Below, in pieces: positions 30,543-39,663 of a stretch of 64,000 bases of DNA; the stretch's first letter is position 1; every line of letters starts with the position of its first letter. Where the stretch lies: NCBI GenBank assembly GCA_963737065.1, contig CAVTRC010000001.1, positions 544,001 through 608,000 on the forward strand. Direction: 5' to 3'. The notes under the pieces are model-generated. The model saw only the letters and a list, made by a program, of their open reading frames with translations. It was not told where the DNA came from and did no database searches. Origin of the DNA: Candidatus Eremiobacteria bacterium (GTDB lineage Bacteria > Vulcanimicrobiota > Vulcanimicrobiia > Vulcanimicrobiales > Vulcanimicrobiaceae). The position numbers and the translations under genes were made by a program.

Positions 30543-31069
30543 TACAGAGTCTCCACCGTGATGTCGCTATTCGTGTAGATACAAATCTCCCCGGCGATCT
30601 CCAGCGCCTTTCGCGCAATCTCATGCGCGGGAAGATCGCTGTTCCGCACGAGCGCGGCGGCTGCCGCTTGAGCATACGGGCCGCCGCTACCAATTGCAGC
30701 GATGCCTTCATCGGGTTCGATGACGTCGCCCGTCCCGGACAGCACGAAAAGGTGCTCGGGCGTACCGACGATCAGGAGCGCTTCCAGGCGGCGCAGCGCG
30801 CGATCCTGACGCCAGTCCTTCGCAAGCTCCACCGCGGCGCGCGTCACGTCTTTGAACTCGTTGTACTTGTTCTCGAACTTCTCCAGCAACGTGATGCCGT
30901 CGGCAGCGGAGCCTGCGAAACCGGCTACGACTTTGCCTCCGGCAATCTTGCGGACTTTACGCGCACTGTGCTTGACGATCGTCTTGTCCAGAGTAACCTG
31001 ACCGTCGCCTGCAATCGCTAACGCGCCGTTGCGGCGGACGGCGACGATCGTCGTGGATCGAATTTTCAT
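30542..31069 (-). CDS. hslV: ATP-dependent protease subunit HslV
   Basis: TTI N-terminus, GDGQVT, GSGG, CIYTN. Confidence 0.97.
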   Translation of the reverse strand: MKIRSTTIVAVRRNGALAIAGDGQVTLDKTIVKHSARKVRKIAGGKVVAGFAGSAADGITLLEKFENKYNEFKDVTRAAVELAKDWRQDRALRRLEALLIVGTPEHLFVLSGTGDVIEPDEGIAAIGSGGPYAQAAAAALVRNSDLPAHEIARKALEIAGEICIYTNSDITVETL

Positions 31070-31148
31070 ATCGTCACGCAGATACCCGAAAGTCGGTTCT
31101 CGAGTTTCAAGAAGGCTAGCTCGCTCGACCTCTCCAACAAAGCACGCG

Positions 31149-31865
31149 ATGAAGAAGCCGCTCGTTCTCTCTGCTCTCGCGTTTGTGCCGGTCGCCGCCG
31201 GTGCGCAAGCGGCTTCTCCAATCCGCGCCGTTCAACCGGGCTCATCCAACGGGCACGGGATCACCGTCAACGGCACGTCCGTGCTGCGCGTCGCCGCGTC
31301 GTCGGCCCGCATCATGCTCGATCTATCATCGATCGACAATAAAAGCACGCTGACGCAGGAAACGCTTCTGCCGCTCGTCGACGCGCTCGTGAAGGCCGGC
31401 GCGGCGCCGTCGTCGGTTCAAGTGCCGCTGTCGCTTTCGGCCGGCGGGTATTCCAACGTCGCAGCAGTAAGCGCGGTGGTGCAAAATCCATCGGTCGCAA
31501 GCATGCGCGCAGGAATTGCGATCGTTGGTGCGGTCGTCGGCTCGATGAAGGACGTTCGCTTGAATTCTGCGCGAGTCGAATTGCGCGATAGCAACTGCAC
31601 GCAGTCGCTCGCGAAGGCACGAGCGGATGCGATCGACGCCGCACGCGCGAAGGCAACGCTGATTGCAAAACAACTTGGCGTGTCGCTCGGCAGCGTCGTG
31701 AACGTCAATGCCTTCGATGCCGCGAACCCCGACGGTAGTTGCATGTCACAATATTACGTCGGACCGATGGGCGCGCAGTTCCCGCCCGGCAGCACTAACA
31801 ACGAGACCGACTACGTCACCGTGTCGGTCACGTCCAACGTGACGATTACCTACGGGATCAAATGA
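31149..31865 (+). CDS. Secreted SIMPL/DUF541-domain protein
   Basis: Signal peptide, [24 protein letters not shown]...V...Y.I. Confidence 0.75.
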   Translation: MKKPLVLSALAFVPVAAGAQAASPIRAVQPGSSNGHGITVNGTSVLRVAASSARIMLDLSSIDNKSTLTQETLLPLVDALVKAGAAPSSVQVPLSLSAGGYSNVAAVSAVVQNPSVASMRAGIAIVGAVVGSMKDVRLNSARVELRDSNCTQSLAKARADAIDAARAKATLIAKQLGVSLGSVVNVNAFDAANPDGSCMSQYYVGPMGAQFPPGSTNNETDYVTVSVTSNVTITYGIK

Positions 31866-32581
31866 TGATGAAACGCACGCTTCTGCCATTCATACTTGCA
31901 TGCGCGCTCCCGCGCGCCGCGATCGCGCAAGCGATCCACATCGAGACGAACAACAAGGCCGCTACGCCGGCGCGCGGGATCACGACCACGGAAAGCGCGA
32001 CCGAAAAGCTGCCCGCGGATGAAGCGACGGTGACTGTGCGGATGATGTCCTCGGCGACGCACGCGCCGACGCAAACGCAGCTCCAGCAGATTGCCGACGC
32101 ATTCGTTAAAGTCGGCGTTGCAGCGGCCGATGTATCAAAGCCGGCGGTCATCGGAATGCCGGGAGTCGCTCCTTCGATCGCCAGCGTTTCCGCGACGCTC
32201 AGGCACCCGACCTCCGATATGTTGAAGCGCGCACTCGACGGCGCGACGGCCGCGACGAGCTCGGTCGAGTTTCCATTTGCGGTGACGACGGTGCAACTTC
32301 ATGCGAAGAATTGCGGCGACGCCATCGATCGCGCTCGCCGTGCGGCGATTGCGAAGACGCGGACGAAAGCGGTTACGATCGCAAGCGAAATAGGCGTGCG
32401 TCTAGGCGCAATCGTCGCATTGAACGATCAGGAGCAGTCGTCCGCCGACGGCAGTTGCACGTATGATTACGGCGTCGGTCCGGCCGGTTCGGAATTCGGG
32501 GGCATGGCGCAGCCGGCAACGGATGACTACGCCACGCTCATCGTCACGTCAACGGTAACGACGACCTACGCGATCAAATAA
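31862..32581 (+). CDS. Secreted SIMPL/DUF541-domain protein (paralog)
   Basis: Same motifs as the upstream gene (AIAKTRTKA..IA..IGV.LG, DGSC, TTTYAIK). Confidence 0.72.
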   Translation: MMMKRTLLPFILACALPRAAIAQAIHIETNNKAATPARGITTTESATEKLPADEATVTVRMMSSATHAPTQTQLQQIADAFVKVGVAAADVSKPAVIGMPGVAPSIASVSATLRHPTSDMLKRALDGATAATSSVEFPFAVTTVQLHAKNCGDAIDRARRAAIAKTRTKAVTIASEIGVRLGAIVALNDQEQSSADGSCTYDYGVGPAGSEFGGMAQPATDDYATLIVTSTVTTTYAIK

Positions 32582-32584
32582 CGG

Positions 32585-33943
32585 CTACGCGAAGATTTGC
32601 CGTGCTCGCAACTCGTGTTTGAATCCTTCGATCGCGTTGAGCGCACGTTGCGCCAGTAAGCGACGGCGCTCTTTCTTATCGCGAACGTTACGATCTAATG
32701 GCGGGAACGGCGCCCACGTGACATTCGCCGGCTGAAAATCCGGTGTCTCGATATTTTGCAAGTGCGCGACCACGGCGCCCAACGCCGTTTCGCGCGGAAA
32801 CTGGACTGGCGGCAATCCGAGGAGAGCGCGCGCCGCATGAATGCCGGTCATTGCACCGCACGCCGCGGCTTCGACGTACCCTTCGGCGCCGGTGATCTGC
32901 CCGGCGAAGTAGATCGACTCGCTTCCGCGTAACCGCAAATGCGCATCGAGCAGCCGCGGGGAGTCGATGAACGTGTTGCGATGCATTACTCCGAGCCGCA
33001 GCCACTCGGCGCTCGCAAGCCCCGGAAGTTTACCGAACGCTTCCTTTTGCGCGGGCCACGAGAGGCGCGTTTGAAAACCGACGAGATTGAATGCCGTTCC
33101 CTCGACGTTTTCTTTGCGCAACTGCACGACGGCATACGGCGTCTTGCCGGTACGCGGATCGCGCAAACCAACCGGCTTCAACGGTCCAAAGCGCAACACG
33201 TCGTCGCCGCGATCGGCCATCTCTTCGATCGGCAGGCAGCCTTCGAAGTATTTCGTCTCGGCTTCAAACTCTTTGGGCTGATGGCGTTCTAGCGTACGCA
33301 GATCGTGCAGTAACTTTGAATATTGCTCTTTGTCGAGCGGAATGTTCAGATAGTCGTCGCCGTCGCCTTTCTCATACCGCGATTTGCGGTACATCGGCGT
33401 CTCATCAATGGAATCCGCCGATACAATAGGCGACGCGGCATCAAAGTAATGCAGCCGTCCGTTGTCATCCCGAGCGGCTCCGAGCACCGCATCGATCTCC
33501 CGCAACAGTGCGTCGCCCGGAAGCGGACCGCACGCCAGGATCACCGGACGATCTCGCGGAATCTCCGTCACTTCTTCGCGATGCAAAGTGATGCGCAAAT
33601 GCGATGAAATGCGTGACTCGACCGCCGCGGCGAACCGGTCGCGGTCCACGGCGAGCGCGCCTCCCGCAGGCACCGCAGCTTCACGTGCCGACGTGATGAT
33701 GACGGAGTCGAGACGCGCGAGTTCTTCTTTCAGCAGCCCGACAGCGTTCTCCAACGCCGCCCCGCGAAGCGAATTGCTGCACACGAGTTCGGCAAGGCGT
33801 CCCGTCTTGTGCGCCGGTCCGCTTCGCTTCGGCCGCATCTCGTAGAGATCGACATCGACACCCGCATTCGCTGCCTGCCATGCGGCTTCACAACCGGCAA
33901 GGCCACCGCCGATGACCGCAACGGAACCATTACGAGGGTTCAT
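32585..33943 (-). CDS. trmFO: Folate/FAD-dependent tRNA m5U54 methyltransferase
   Basis: GGGLAGCEAA, ELVCSNS, YFEGCLPIE, GVMHRNTF. Confidence 0.97.
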   Translation of the reverse strand: MNPRNGSVAVIGGGLAGCEAAWQAANAGVDVDLYEMRPKRSGPAHKTGRLAELVCSNSLRGAALENAVGLLKEELARLDSVIITSAREAAVPAGGALAVDRDRFAAAVESRISSHLRITLHREEVTEIPRDRPVILACGPLPGDALLREIDAVLGAARDDNGRLHYFDAASPIVSADSIDETPMYRKSRYEKGDGDDYLNIPLDKEQYSKLLHDLRTLERHQPKEFEAETKYFEGCLPIEEMADRGDDVLRFGPLKPVGLRDPRTGKTPYAVVQLRKENVEGTAFNLVGFQTRLSWPAQKEAFGKLPGLASAEWLRLGVMHRNTFIDSPRLLDAHLRLRGSESIYFAGQITGAEGYVEAAACGAMTGIHAARALLGLPPVQFPRETALGAVVAHLQNIETPDFQPANVTWAPFPPLDRNVRDKKERRRLLAQRALNAIEGFKHELRARQIFA

Positions 33944-34169
33944 GATTGGTGCGATTCGACAGTTTCCCGCGCGGCTCTGCTTACGTAAACGTCGGAACGA
34001 TAGCTGTTTCGCCGTTGAAGCATTATCGGTTCGCTGGTGAGGGAAAGCAGTTTGGCGTTACGTCCCGGTCGCAGACGTCTGGCCGCGCTGAACAGATTGA
34101 AAACTCTGCGCAGCGAGCGCTTCCGTTCGGCCGCGCGTTTTACCGCGCGGAATACGGCCGCAGCGATGC

Positions 34170-34627
34170 ACAGCGCGCCGACCGCAGCACCGAACGCCAT
34201 AGGTACCAGAAGCGATTCATTCCGTAACCGCGATCGGGCGCTCGTGAAAGGAGCATATCCCGCGTTCTTATGACAACAAAGGACTTTTCGGGATGCTGAA
34301 GCCATGCTTCGCCAACGATTCGGCCCATGACGATCTCGATGCAAGGAACGTCGATCGATGCTACTGCAAGCCGGTCGAAGCAGTTCTTCATCCGGTCGCG
34401 TGTTTGTCCAACGAGCGAACGCATCGGAAGACAGTACATCAAACGTCGAGGCGTACTCTCGTCATGCAGACGACGCCAGAACCAGCCGAGGACGGTCGGC
34501 TCTGTTTTGCCGAGGCCGGTATGGGCCGGAAACACTATGGGAGCGTATTCTGCGAGACGGCTCTGAAACGATAGGGCGTATAACCGCTCGTCGCGGTACG
34601 AAAGAACTCGATAAAGTCGCTTGTCAT
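34170..34627 (-). pseudogene. cas3: N-terminal relic of a type I-G (I-U) CRISPR helicase Cas3
   Basis: MTSDFIEFFRTATSGYTPYRF / frameshift / QSRLA..TGLGKT..WFWRR..PRRLMYCLPMRSLV.QT..DMLLSRA..RGYGM; truncated before the DExH motif. Confidence 0.8.
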
Positions 34628-34741
34628 GCGTTCTTTCTAGCGCGGCATCGCCGTTTGCGCGCCGTTTCGCCGCAACGAGACCGTGAAGACCCGTCTAGCT
34701 ATGGCGGGTTTGGCGACCCCCCGAGGTAAATCAATCCATCC

Positions 34742-34981
34742 ATGCCAGAAAGCCGCAACTATGCCGTCGTTCTCGAACCCGACGCCGAATGCGGATACAC
34801 CGCCATCGTTCCCGCTCTCCCAGGCGTTGTTACCGAGGGTGACACGCTCGAAGAGGTCTTTGCGAACGTACGGGAAGCGATCGAGCTTTGTCTTGAAGAC
34901 CTCGCATCTCGAGGCCTAGATATTCCGGAGAGCGACACCGGCGCTCGGCTGGAGCGTATCGAAATACCAATCGCGAGCTAA
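34742..34981 (+). CDS. hicB: HicB family antitoxin
   Basis: Y.VVLE..GYTAIVPALPGVVTEGDTLEE...N.REAI. Confidence 0.9.
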   Translation: MPESRNYAVVLEPDAECGYTAIVPALPGVVTEGDTLEEVFANVREAIELCLEDLASRGLDIPESDTGARLERIEIPIAS

Positions 34982-34987
34982 TCCCGC

Positions 34988-35209
34988 GTGACGCGCTTGC
35001 CACGCGTCGATTCCACGGAAGTGCTGCGCAAATTGCGTAGCGCCGGCTTCGTCATAGTCGGTACAAAAGGCAGCCATGTTCGTCTCCGCAGCGCGACGGG
35101 CAAAGCTACGACGGTGCCACATCATGCAGGCAAGACGCTTAAGCCGAAAACCTTCGCAGCAATCCTGCAGCAGGCGGGTCTCACGGCCGACGAATTCCGC
35201 AAGCTCTGA
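34988..35209 (+). CDS. hicA: HicA family mRNA interferase toxin
   Basis: L...GF...KGSH, TTVPHH, TFAAIL.QAGL. Confidence 0.9.
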   Translation: MTRLPRVDSTEVLRKLRSAGFVIVGTKGSHVRLRSATGKATTVPHHAGKTLKPKTFAAILQQAGLTADEFRKL

Positions 35210-35216
35210 CATCAGT

Positions 35217-35463
35217 TCACCATTGCCGCTTCTTCGGCGTGCCTGCCGCATTGAAGTCGCGTATTGCGGTGTCGATCGTATCGAGCGTTTGAAGGTCGCT
35301 CGTTAACCTCAGCATCTTGCTCATCTCGCAGCCGGGAACGAGCAGATTGCCCATCTTGCCGACCACGGTGTTGTAGCGCTCCCGCAAGACCGAGACACTT
35401 GCCAACCTTGCCAATAGGTGTGCGCAACGACTGCATGCGTTCACAATCGTATGCGTTCGCCAT
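35217..35463 (-). pseudogene. Possible RmuC C-terminal fragment
   Basis: Two frames stitch to ..IGKVGKCLG / ERYNTVVGKMGNLLVPG, resembling the RmuC tail pattern; judged by eye only. Confidence 0.3.
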
Positions 35464-35699
35464 GTCACGTAGGGCTATGTGACAGAGGGAGACGCCACAG
35501 GTCTGTCGCGCCTCATCGGGCGAACCGTTTTCTGCGTGCGCCGTCTCCGGCGAAGTAGATTTCAGTGAGGCGGGCGATCTCGTGAATTGCGCGTGCGACG
35601 CCTGCGAGACCGGCTTCCACTTGGTGATTGACCATAGCGGGGCGGAAATTGGCTTGCGCTTTCTATACGGCGTTCGCGCATACTAATAACCGCAGATCG

Positions 35700-37871
35700 T
35701 CAGACTTCCGCGAGTTCGCGGTCCTCATGCGGCTCTTCGCCCGATTGGCCTTTTGCGAGCGATGAGACGTCGTGTTCTTTGTTCGCCGCGCATTCAAGTT
35801 GCACGACGCCGCCGCGACGCGTCTTCGCAACCACATAGCCGCCGCAGACCGGGCATGGTTCGGGAATGACGCGATCCCACGAGACGAAGTCGCACTTCGG
35901 ATAGTTCGCGCAACCGTAGAACGTCCGGCCCTTCTTCGAACGCCGCTCGACGATCATGCCGCCGTCTTTGGGACACTTCGCGCCGGTGTCTTTGACGATC
36001 GGTTTCGTCGTCTTGCACTCGGGATAACCGGTGCACGAAATAAACCGTCCGAAGCGTCCGGTCTTGATCACCATCGCGCGTTCGCAATTCGGACAGATCT
36101 CGTCCGTCGGTTCGTCCTTGATCTCCAGACGCGGCAGCTTCTTCTCCGCCTCCTCGAGCTCGGTCGAAAACGGACCGTAGAAATCGCGCAAAATGCGAAC
36201 CCAATCGTCTTCGCCGTCGGCGACCTTATCGAGGCTGCCTTCCATCCCGGCAGTGAACTTCAAATCGACGATGTCCTTGAAGTGCTCGGCGAGCAGGTCG
36301 TTGACCGCGGTGCCGATGTCGGTCGGTTTGAAACGCCGCTCTTCTTGCGTCACGTAACCGCGCGCCTGGATCGTGTCGACGATCGTTGAGTACGTCGAAG
36401 GACGTCCGATGCCGTTGTCTTCGAGCGACTTCACGAGCGTCGCTTCGGTGTACCGCGGCGGCGGTTCGGTGAAGTGCTGTTTCGGTTCGAGCTTCGAGCA
36501 GTCCAATGCATCGCGCTCGTGGAGTTCCGGCAATCGAATCTTCGCTTTACCCTTCACCGCGCCGCTGGTCTTCGCGACGTCCGCATCGGGTGCGCCATCA
36601 TCGTCGCGACCCTCTTCATACACCTTGGTGAAACCGGCGAACTTCACGACGCTGCCCGTCGCGCGGAACGTATACTCACGCGCCGCGATATCGACCGTCG
36701 TCTGATCGAGCACCGTCGCTGACATCTGCGACGCAACGAACCGCTCCCAGATCAACGTGTAGAGACGCAGTTCATCGCGCTTGAGCACGTGCGACACCGA
36801 AGCCGGCGTCCGGAACACCGAGGTGGGGCGAATCGCTTCGTGCGCGTCTTGAGCGCCTTCGCGAACCTTGTGAAGCCGGCCGCCGTGAAACTCTTCACCG
36901 TACGTCGCCGTGATGTATTCGCGGGCATGCTCGCGCGCCGCATCGCTGATGCGCGTCGAGTCGGTACGCATGTAGGTGATCAGGCCCTGCGTGCCCTCGT
37001 CGCCGCCGAGATCGACGCCTTCATAGAGCGCTTGCGCGACCTGCATCGTGCGCCGGACGCGCAGGCGCAACTTGCGCGACGCTTCTTGCTGGAGCGTCGA
37101 GGTTGTAAACGGAGCCGGCGCGTTGCGCTTGACTTCGCGCCGCTTGACCGACGAAACGGTGTAGTGCGCGCCGTCGAGCGCGGCCAGAACCGCATCCGCT
37201 TCTTCCTTCTTAGTAATCTCGTATCTCTCGCCGCGCCGCGCAACGAGTTCGGCGGGGAAGAGCAACGCCGGATCGCGATGGGTCGAAAGATGCGCCGTCA
37301 TCGTCCAGTACTCGCGTGGAACGAACGCCGCAATCTCGCGCTCGCGGTCGACGATCAGCCGCACGGCAACCGATTGGACGCGGCCGGCGGATAGACCGCC
37401 GCGAACCTTTGCCCACAGCAACGGTGAGATTTTGTATCCGACGAGACGGTCGAGAATGCGCCGCGCCTGCTGGGCGTTCACGCGATCCATGTCGATGTGA
37501 TGCGGGTGTTTCAGCGCGGCGAGTGCGGCGTCTTTCGTGATCTCGTGCAGCTCGATCCGCTTCGGATTTTCGAGCTTCAGCAGTTCGGCGAGATGCCACG
37601 CAATCGCCTCACCTTCGCGGTCGGGGTCGGTCGCGAGGTAGACGTCGCTCGCGCTTTTCACCGCGCTCTTGAGATCTTTGATAACGTCGCCTTTCCCCTT
37701 GATCGTAAGGTACTTCGGGCTGAAGTCGTTCTCGACGTCAACACCGAGCGTGCTCTTGGGAAGATCGCGAACGTGTCCAACCGACGCTTTGACAATATAG
37801 CGAGCCGGAAGAAACTTCTTGATCGTGCGGGCCTTGGTCGGCGACTCGACGATGATCAGGGGCTTTTTCAC
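35700..37871 (-). CDS. topA: DNA topoisomerase I with C-terminal zinc ribbons
   Basis: IVESPTKA, DPDREGE, SAGRVQS, ITYMRTDS, GIGRPSTY, CxxC ribbons. Confidence 0.97.
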   Translation of the reverse strand: MKKPLIIVESPTKARTIKKFLPARYIVKASVGHVRDLPKSTLGVDVENDFSPKYLTIKGKGDVIKDLKSAVKSASDVYLATDPDREGEAIAWHLAELLKLENPKRIELHEITKDAALAALKHPHHIDMDRVNAQQARRILDRLVGYKISPLLWAKVRGGLSAGRVQSVAVRLIVDREREIAAFVPREYWTMTAHLSTHRDPALLFPAELVARRGERYEITKKEEADAVLAALDGAHYTVSSVKRREVKRNAPAPFTTSTLQQEASRKLRLRVRRTMQVAQALYEGVDLGGDEGTQGLITYMRTDSTRISDAAREHAREYITATYGEEFHGGRLHKVREGAQDAHEAIRPTSVFRTPASVSHVLKRDELRLYTLIWERFVASQMSATVLDQTTVDIAAREYTFRATGSVVKFAGFTKVYEEGRDDDGAPDADVAKTSGAVKGKAKIRLPELHERDALDCSKLEPKQHFTEPPPRYTEATLVKSLEDNGIGRPSTYSTIVDTIQARGYVTQEERRFKPTDIGTAVNDLLAEHFKDIVDLKFTAGMEGSLDKVADGEDDWVRILRDFYGPFSTELEEAEKKLPRLEIKDEPTDEICPNCERAMVIKTGRFGRFISCTGYPECKTTKPIVKDTGAKCPKDGGMIVERRSKKGRTFYGCANYPKCDFVSWDRVIPEPCPVCGGYVVAKTRRGGVVQLECAANKEHDVSSLAKGQSGEEPHEDRELAEV

Positions 37872-37878
37872 GGGGTTC

Positions 37879-37908
37879 AGTATACTCCCGGGGTCAAGAC
37901 GGGGGCAA
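37879..37908 (-). promoter_or_regulatory. Putative topA promoter, leaderless transcript
   Basis: TTGCCC-N18-TATACT, then 7 nt to the GTG start; no SD. Confidence 0.65.
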
Positions 37909-37989
37909 ACGGGATTGGCTGCGCCCGATTCCGTCGCGGTCGGCCTTCGGCCGCGGTGCAGTTGCAAACCGACATCCCGTAAACACGAA

Positions 37990-38037
37990 ACGCGCGCGCG
38001 TGTATACGTGTGCGCGCACATGCGCGTACGCGCGCGT
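37990..38037. other. 48-bp perfect alternating purine-pyrimidine tract (Z-DNA-prone)
   Basis: acgcgcgcgcgtgtatacgtgtgcgcgcacatgcgcgtacgcgcgcgt checked base by base; ends form the inverted repeat aaacgcgcgcg/cgcgcgcgttt. Confidence 0.9.
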
Positions 38038-38066
38038 TTGCATGATTTTGAAAAATCCTTTATAGT
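38038..38066 (+). promoter_or_regulatory. Near-consensus sigma70 promoter of the basic repeat protein
   Basis: TTGCAT-N17-TATAGT. Confidence 0.75.
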
Positions 38067-38138
38067 GCGCTTAAAGCGCACGACGTCGTGCGCTGTCCAA
38101 GTAACGCTTATCGTCCCCCGGGGGACGAGGAGGAATGA

Positions 38139-38585
38139 ATGGACTCCGATACCATGACGAACGGCGACACGATGGGTGAAGCCAAAAAATCGCGCCGCAA
38201 ATCGAGCGGCCGTCGCAAAGCGGCCGGTGGTCGCAAGAAAACCTCGACACGGAAGTCGACGGGTGGACGCAAGAAATCAACCGGCGGACGTAAGAAGTCG
38301 ACCGGCGGACGCAAGAAGTCGACGGGTGGACGCAAAAAGTCGACCGGCGGACGTAAGAAGTCGACGGGCGGACGCAAAAAATCGACGGGCGGACGTAAGA
38401 AGTCGACGGGCGGACGCAAAAAATCGACAGCGGGACGTAAGAAGTCAACCGGCGGACGCAAAAAGTCGACCGGCGGACGCAAGAAGTCGACGCGCAAGAC
38501 CGGCGCACGTAAAGGCGGACGCAAAGCGGCTGGTGGGCGCAAAAAGGGCGCGCGCAAGGGCGGCCGTCGCAAGAAATCAGCGTAA
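38139..38585 (+). CDS. Highly basic histone-H1/protamine-like repeat protein (RKKSTGG)n
   Basis: GAGGAGG RBS, own promoter and terminator, repeat variation almost all synonymous in this frame. Confidence 0.85.
   Translation: MDSDTMTNGDTMGEAKKSRRKSSGRRKAAGGRKKTSTRKSTGGRKKSTGGRKKSTGGRKKSTGGRKKSTGGRKKSTGGRKKSTGGRKKSTGGRKKSTAGRKKSTGGRKKSTGGRKKSTRKTGARKGGRKAAGGRKKGARKGGRRKKSA
38250..38492 (+). repeat. 21-bp coding tandem repeat, 10 full plus 2 partial units
   Basis: cgy aar aar tcr acv ggy gga; one unit reads RKKSTAG. Confidence 0.95.
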
Positions 38586-38604
38586 CGCATAACACGACAA
38601 GCAG

Positions 38605-38636
38605 CGAGGACGACCATTCGGTCGTCCTCGTTTTTT
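38605..38636 (+). terminator. Intrinsic terminator
   Basis: cgaggacgacc-attc-ggtcgtcctcg followed by T6. Confidence 0.9.
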
Positions 38637-39663
38637 ATGCGCTGATTACAACGGGGCCGGCGGTGAGGTTCGGCGCTTTGCCGCCGTGTTCGTCAACCCA
38701 ATGGCACGCCGCAAAATGCCCGGCGCCGTACGCGTTGAATGCCGGCACCTCGGTTTTGCAGCGATCGAACGCAACGGGACAACGCGTGTGGAAACGGCAG
38801 CCCGAGGGCGGATTCACGGGCGAGGGAATGTCGCCGGTGAGTACGATGCGTTTCCGCCGCGTTTCCGTGTCCGGGTCGGGTATCGGAATCGCCGAAAGGA
38901 GCGCTTGCGTGTACGGGTGCAGCGGATTTTCGTAGAGCGAGTCGCGGTCCGCGAGTTCCACCAGCTTGCCGACGTACATCACCGCGACGCGCGTCGAGAT
39001 GTGACGAACGACCGAGAGGTCGTGCGCGATGAAGAGATATGTGAGGCCGAACTTCGCTTGCAGATCTTCGAGCAGATTGATGACCTGCGCTTGAATCGAC
39101 ACGTCCAGCGCCGAGACGGGCTCGTCGCAGACGATGAATTTCGGGTCGACGGCCAGCGCTCGCGCGACGCCGATGCGCTGCCGCTGGCCGCCGGAAAACT
39201 CATGCGGAAAGCGATTCGCGTGATACGGACGCAAGCCGACGAGCTGAAGCAGTTCGCGAACGCGATCGCCGATTTGTTTACCTTTTGCGAGACCGTGAAT
39301 GCGCAGCGGTTCCCCGACGATATCGCCGACCGTCATGCGCGGATTCAGCGAGGCGAACGGGTCTTGAAAGATGATCTGCATTTCGCGGCGCAGGCGACGG
39401 ACTTGCGATGCGTTCATCTTCGTAACGTCCTGGCCGTTGAAGCGAATCGCGCCTTTCGACTCGGTCAGCAGACGCAGAATCAGACGCCCGATCGTCGTTT
39501 TTCCGGAACCCGACTCACCGACGAGTCCCAGCGTTTCACCGGGCGCGATCGTGAAATCCACGCCGTCGACGGCTTTAACATCGCCAACGTGGCGCGATAA
39601 GAAGCCCGCGTGAATCGGGAAGTACTTGTAGAGATCGCGAACCTCGACGAGCGGCTGCGTCAC
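38635..39663 (-). CDS. oppF: Oligopeptide/dipeptide ABC transporter ATP-binding subunit (OppF/DppF)
   Basis: [32 protein letters not shown]. Confidence 0.9.
   Translation of the reverse strand: MTQPLVEVRDLYKYFPIHAGFLSRHVGDVKAVDGVDFTIAPGETLGLVGESGSGKTTIGRLILRLLTESKGAIRFNGQDVTKMNASQVRRLRREMQIIFQDPFASLNPRMTVGDIVGEPLRIHGLAKGKQIGDRVRELLQLVGLRPYHANRFPHEFSGGQRQRIGVARALAVDPKFIVCDEPVSALDVSIQAQVINLLEDLQAKFGLTYLFIAHDLSVVRHISTRVAVMYVGKLVELADRDSLYENPLHPYTQALLSAIPIPDPDTETRRKRIVLTGDIPSPVNPPSGCRFHTRCPVAFDRCKTEVPAFNAYGAGHFAACHWVDEHGGKAPNLTAGPVVISA

Noticed and set aside
33944..35260. Isolated ATTGAAG/ATTGAAA-like motifs near the cas3 relic as CRISPR repeats
   Set aside because: Not mutually similar and not regularly spaced
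38250..38492. 21-bp repeats as a CRISPR array
   Set aside because: No spacers; codon-phased synonymous variation shows a coding tandem repeat
38071..38617. Minus-strand and alternative-frame repeat ORFs (VDFLRPP, STSCVRR)
   Set aside because: Shadows of the RKKSTGG gene, which has the promoter, RBS and terminator
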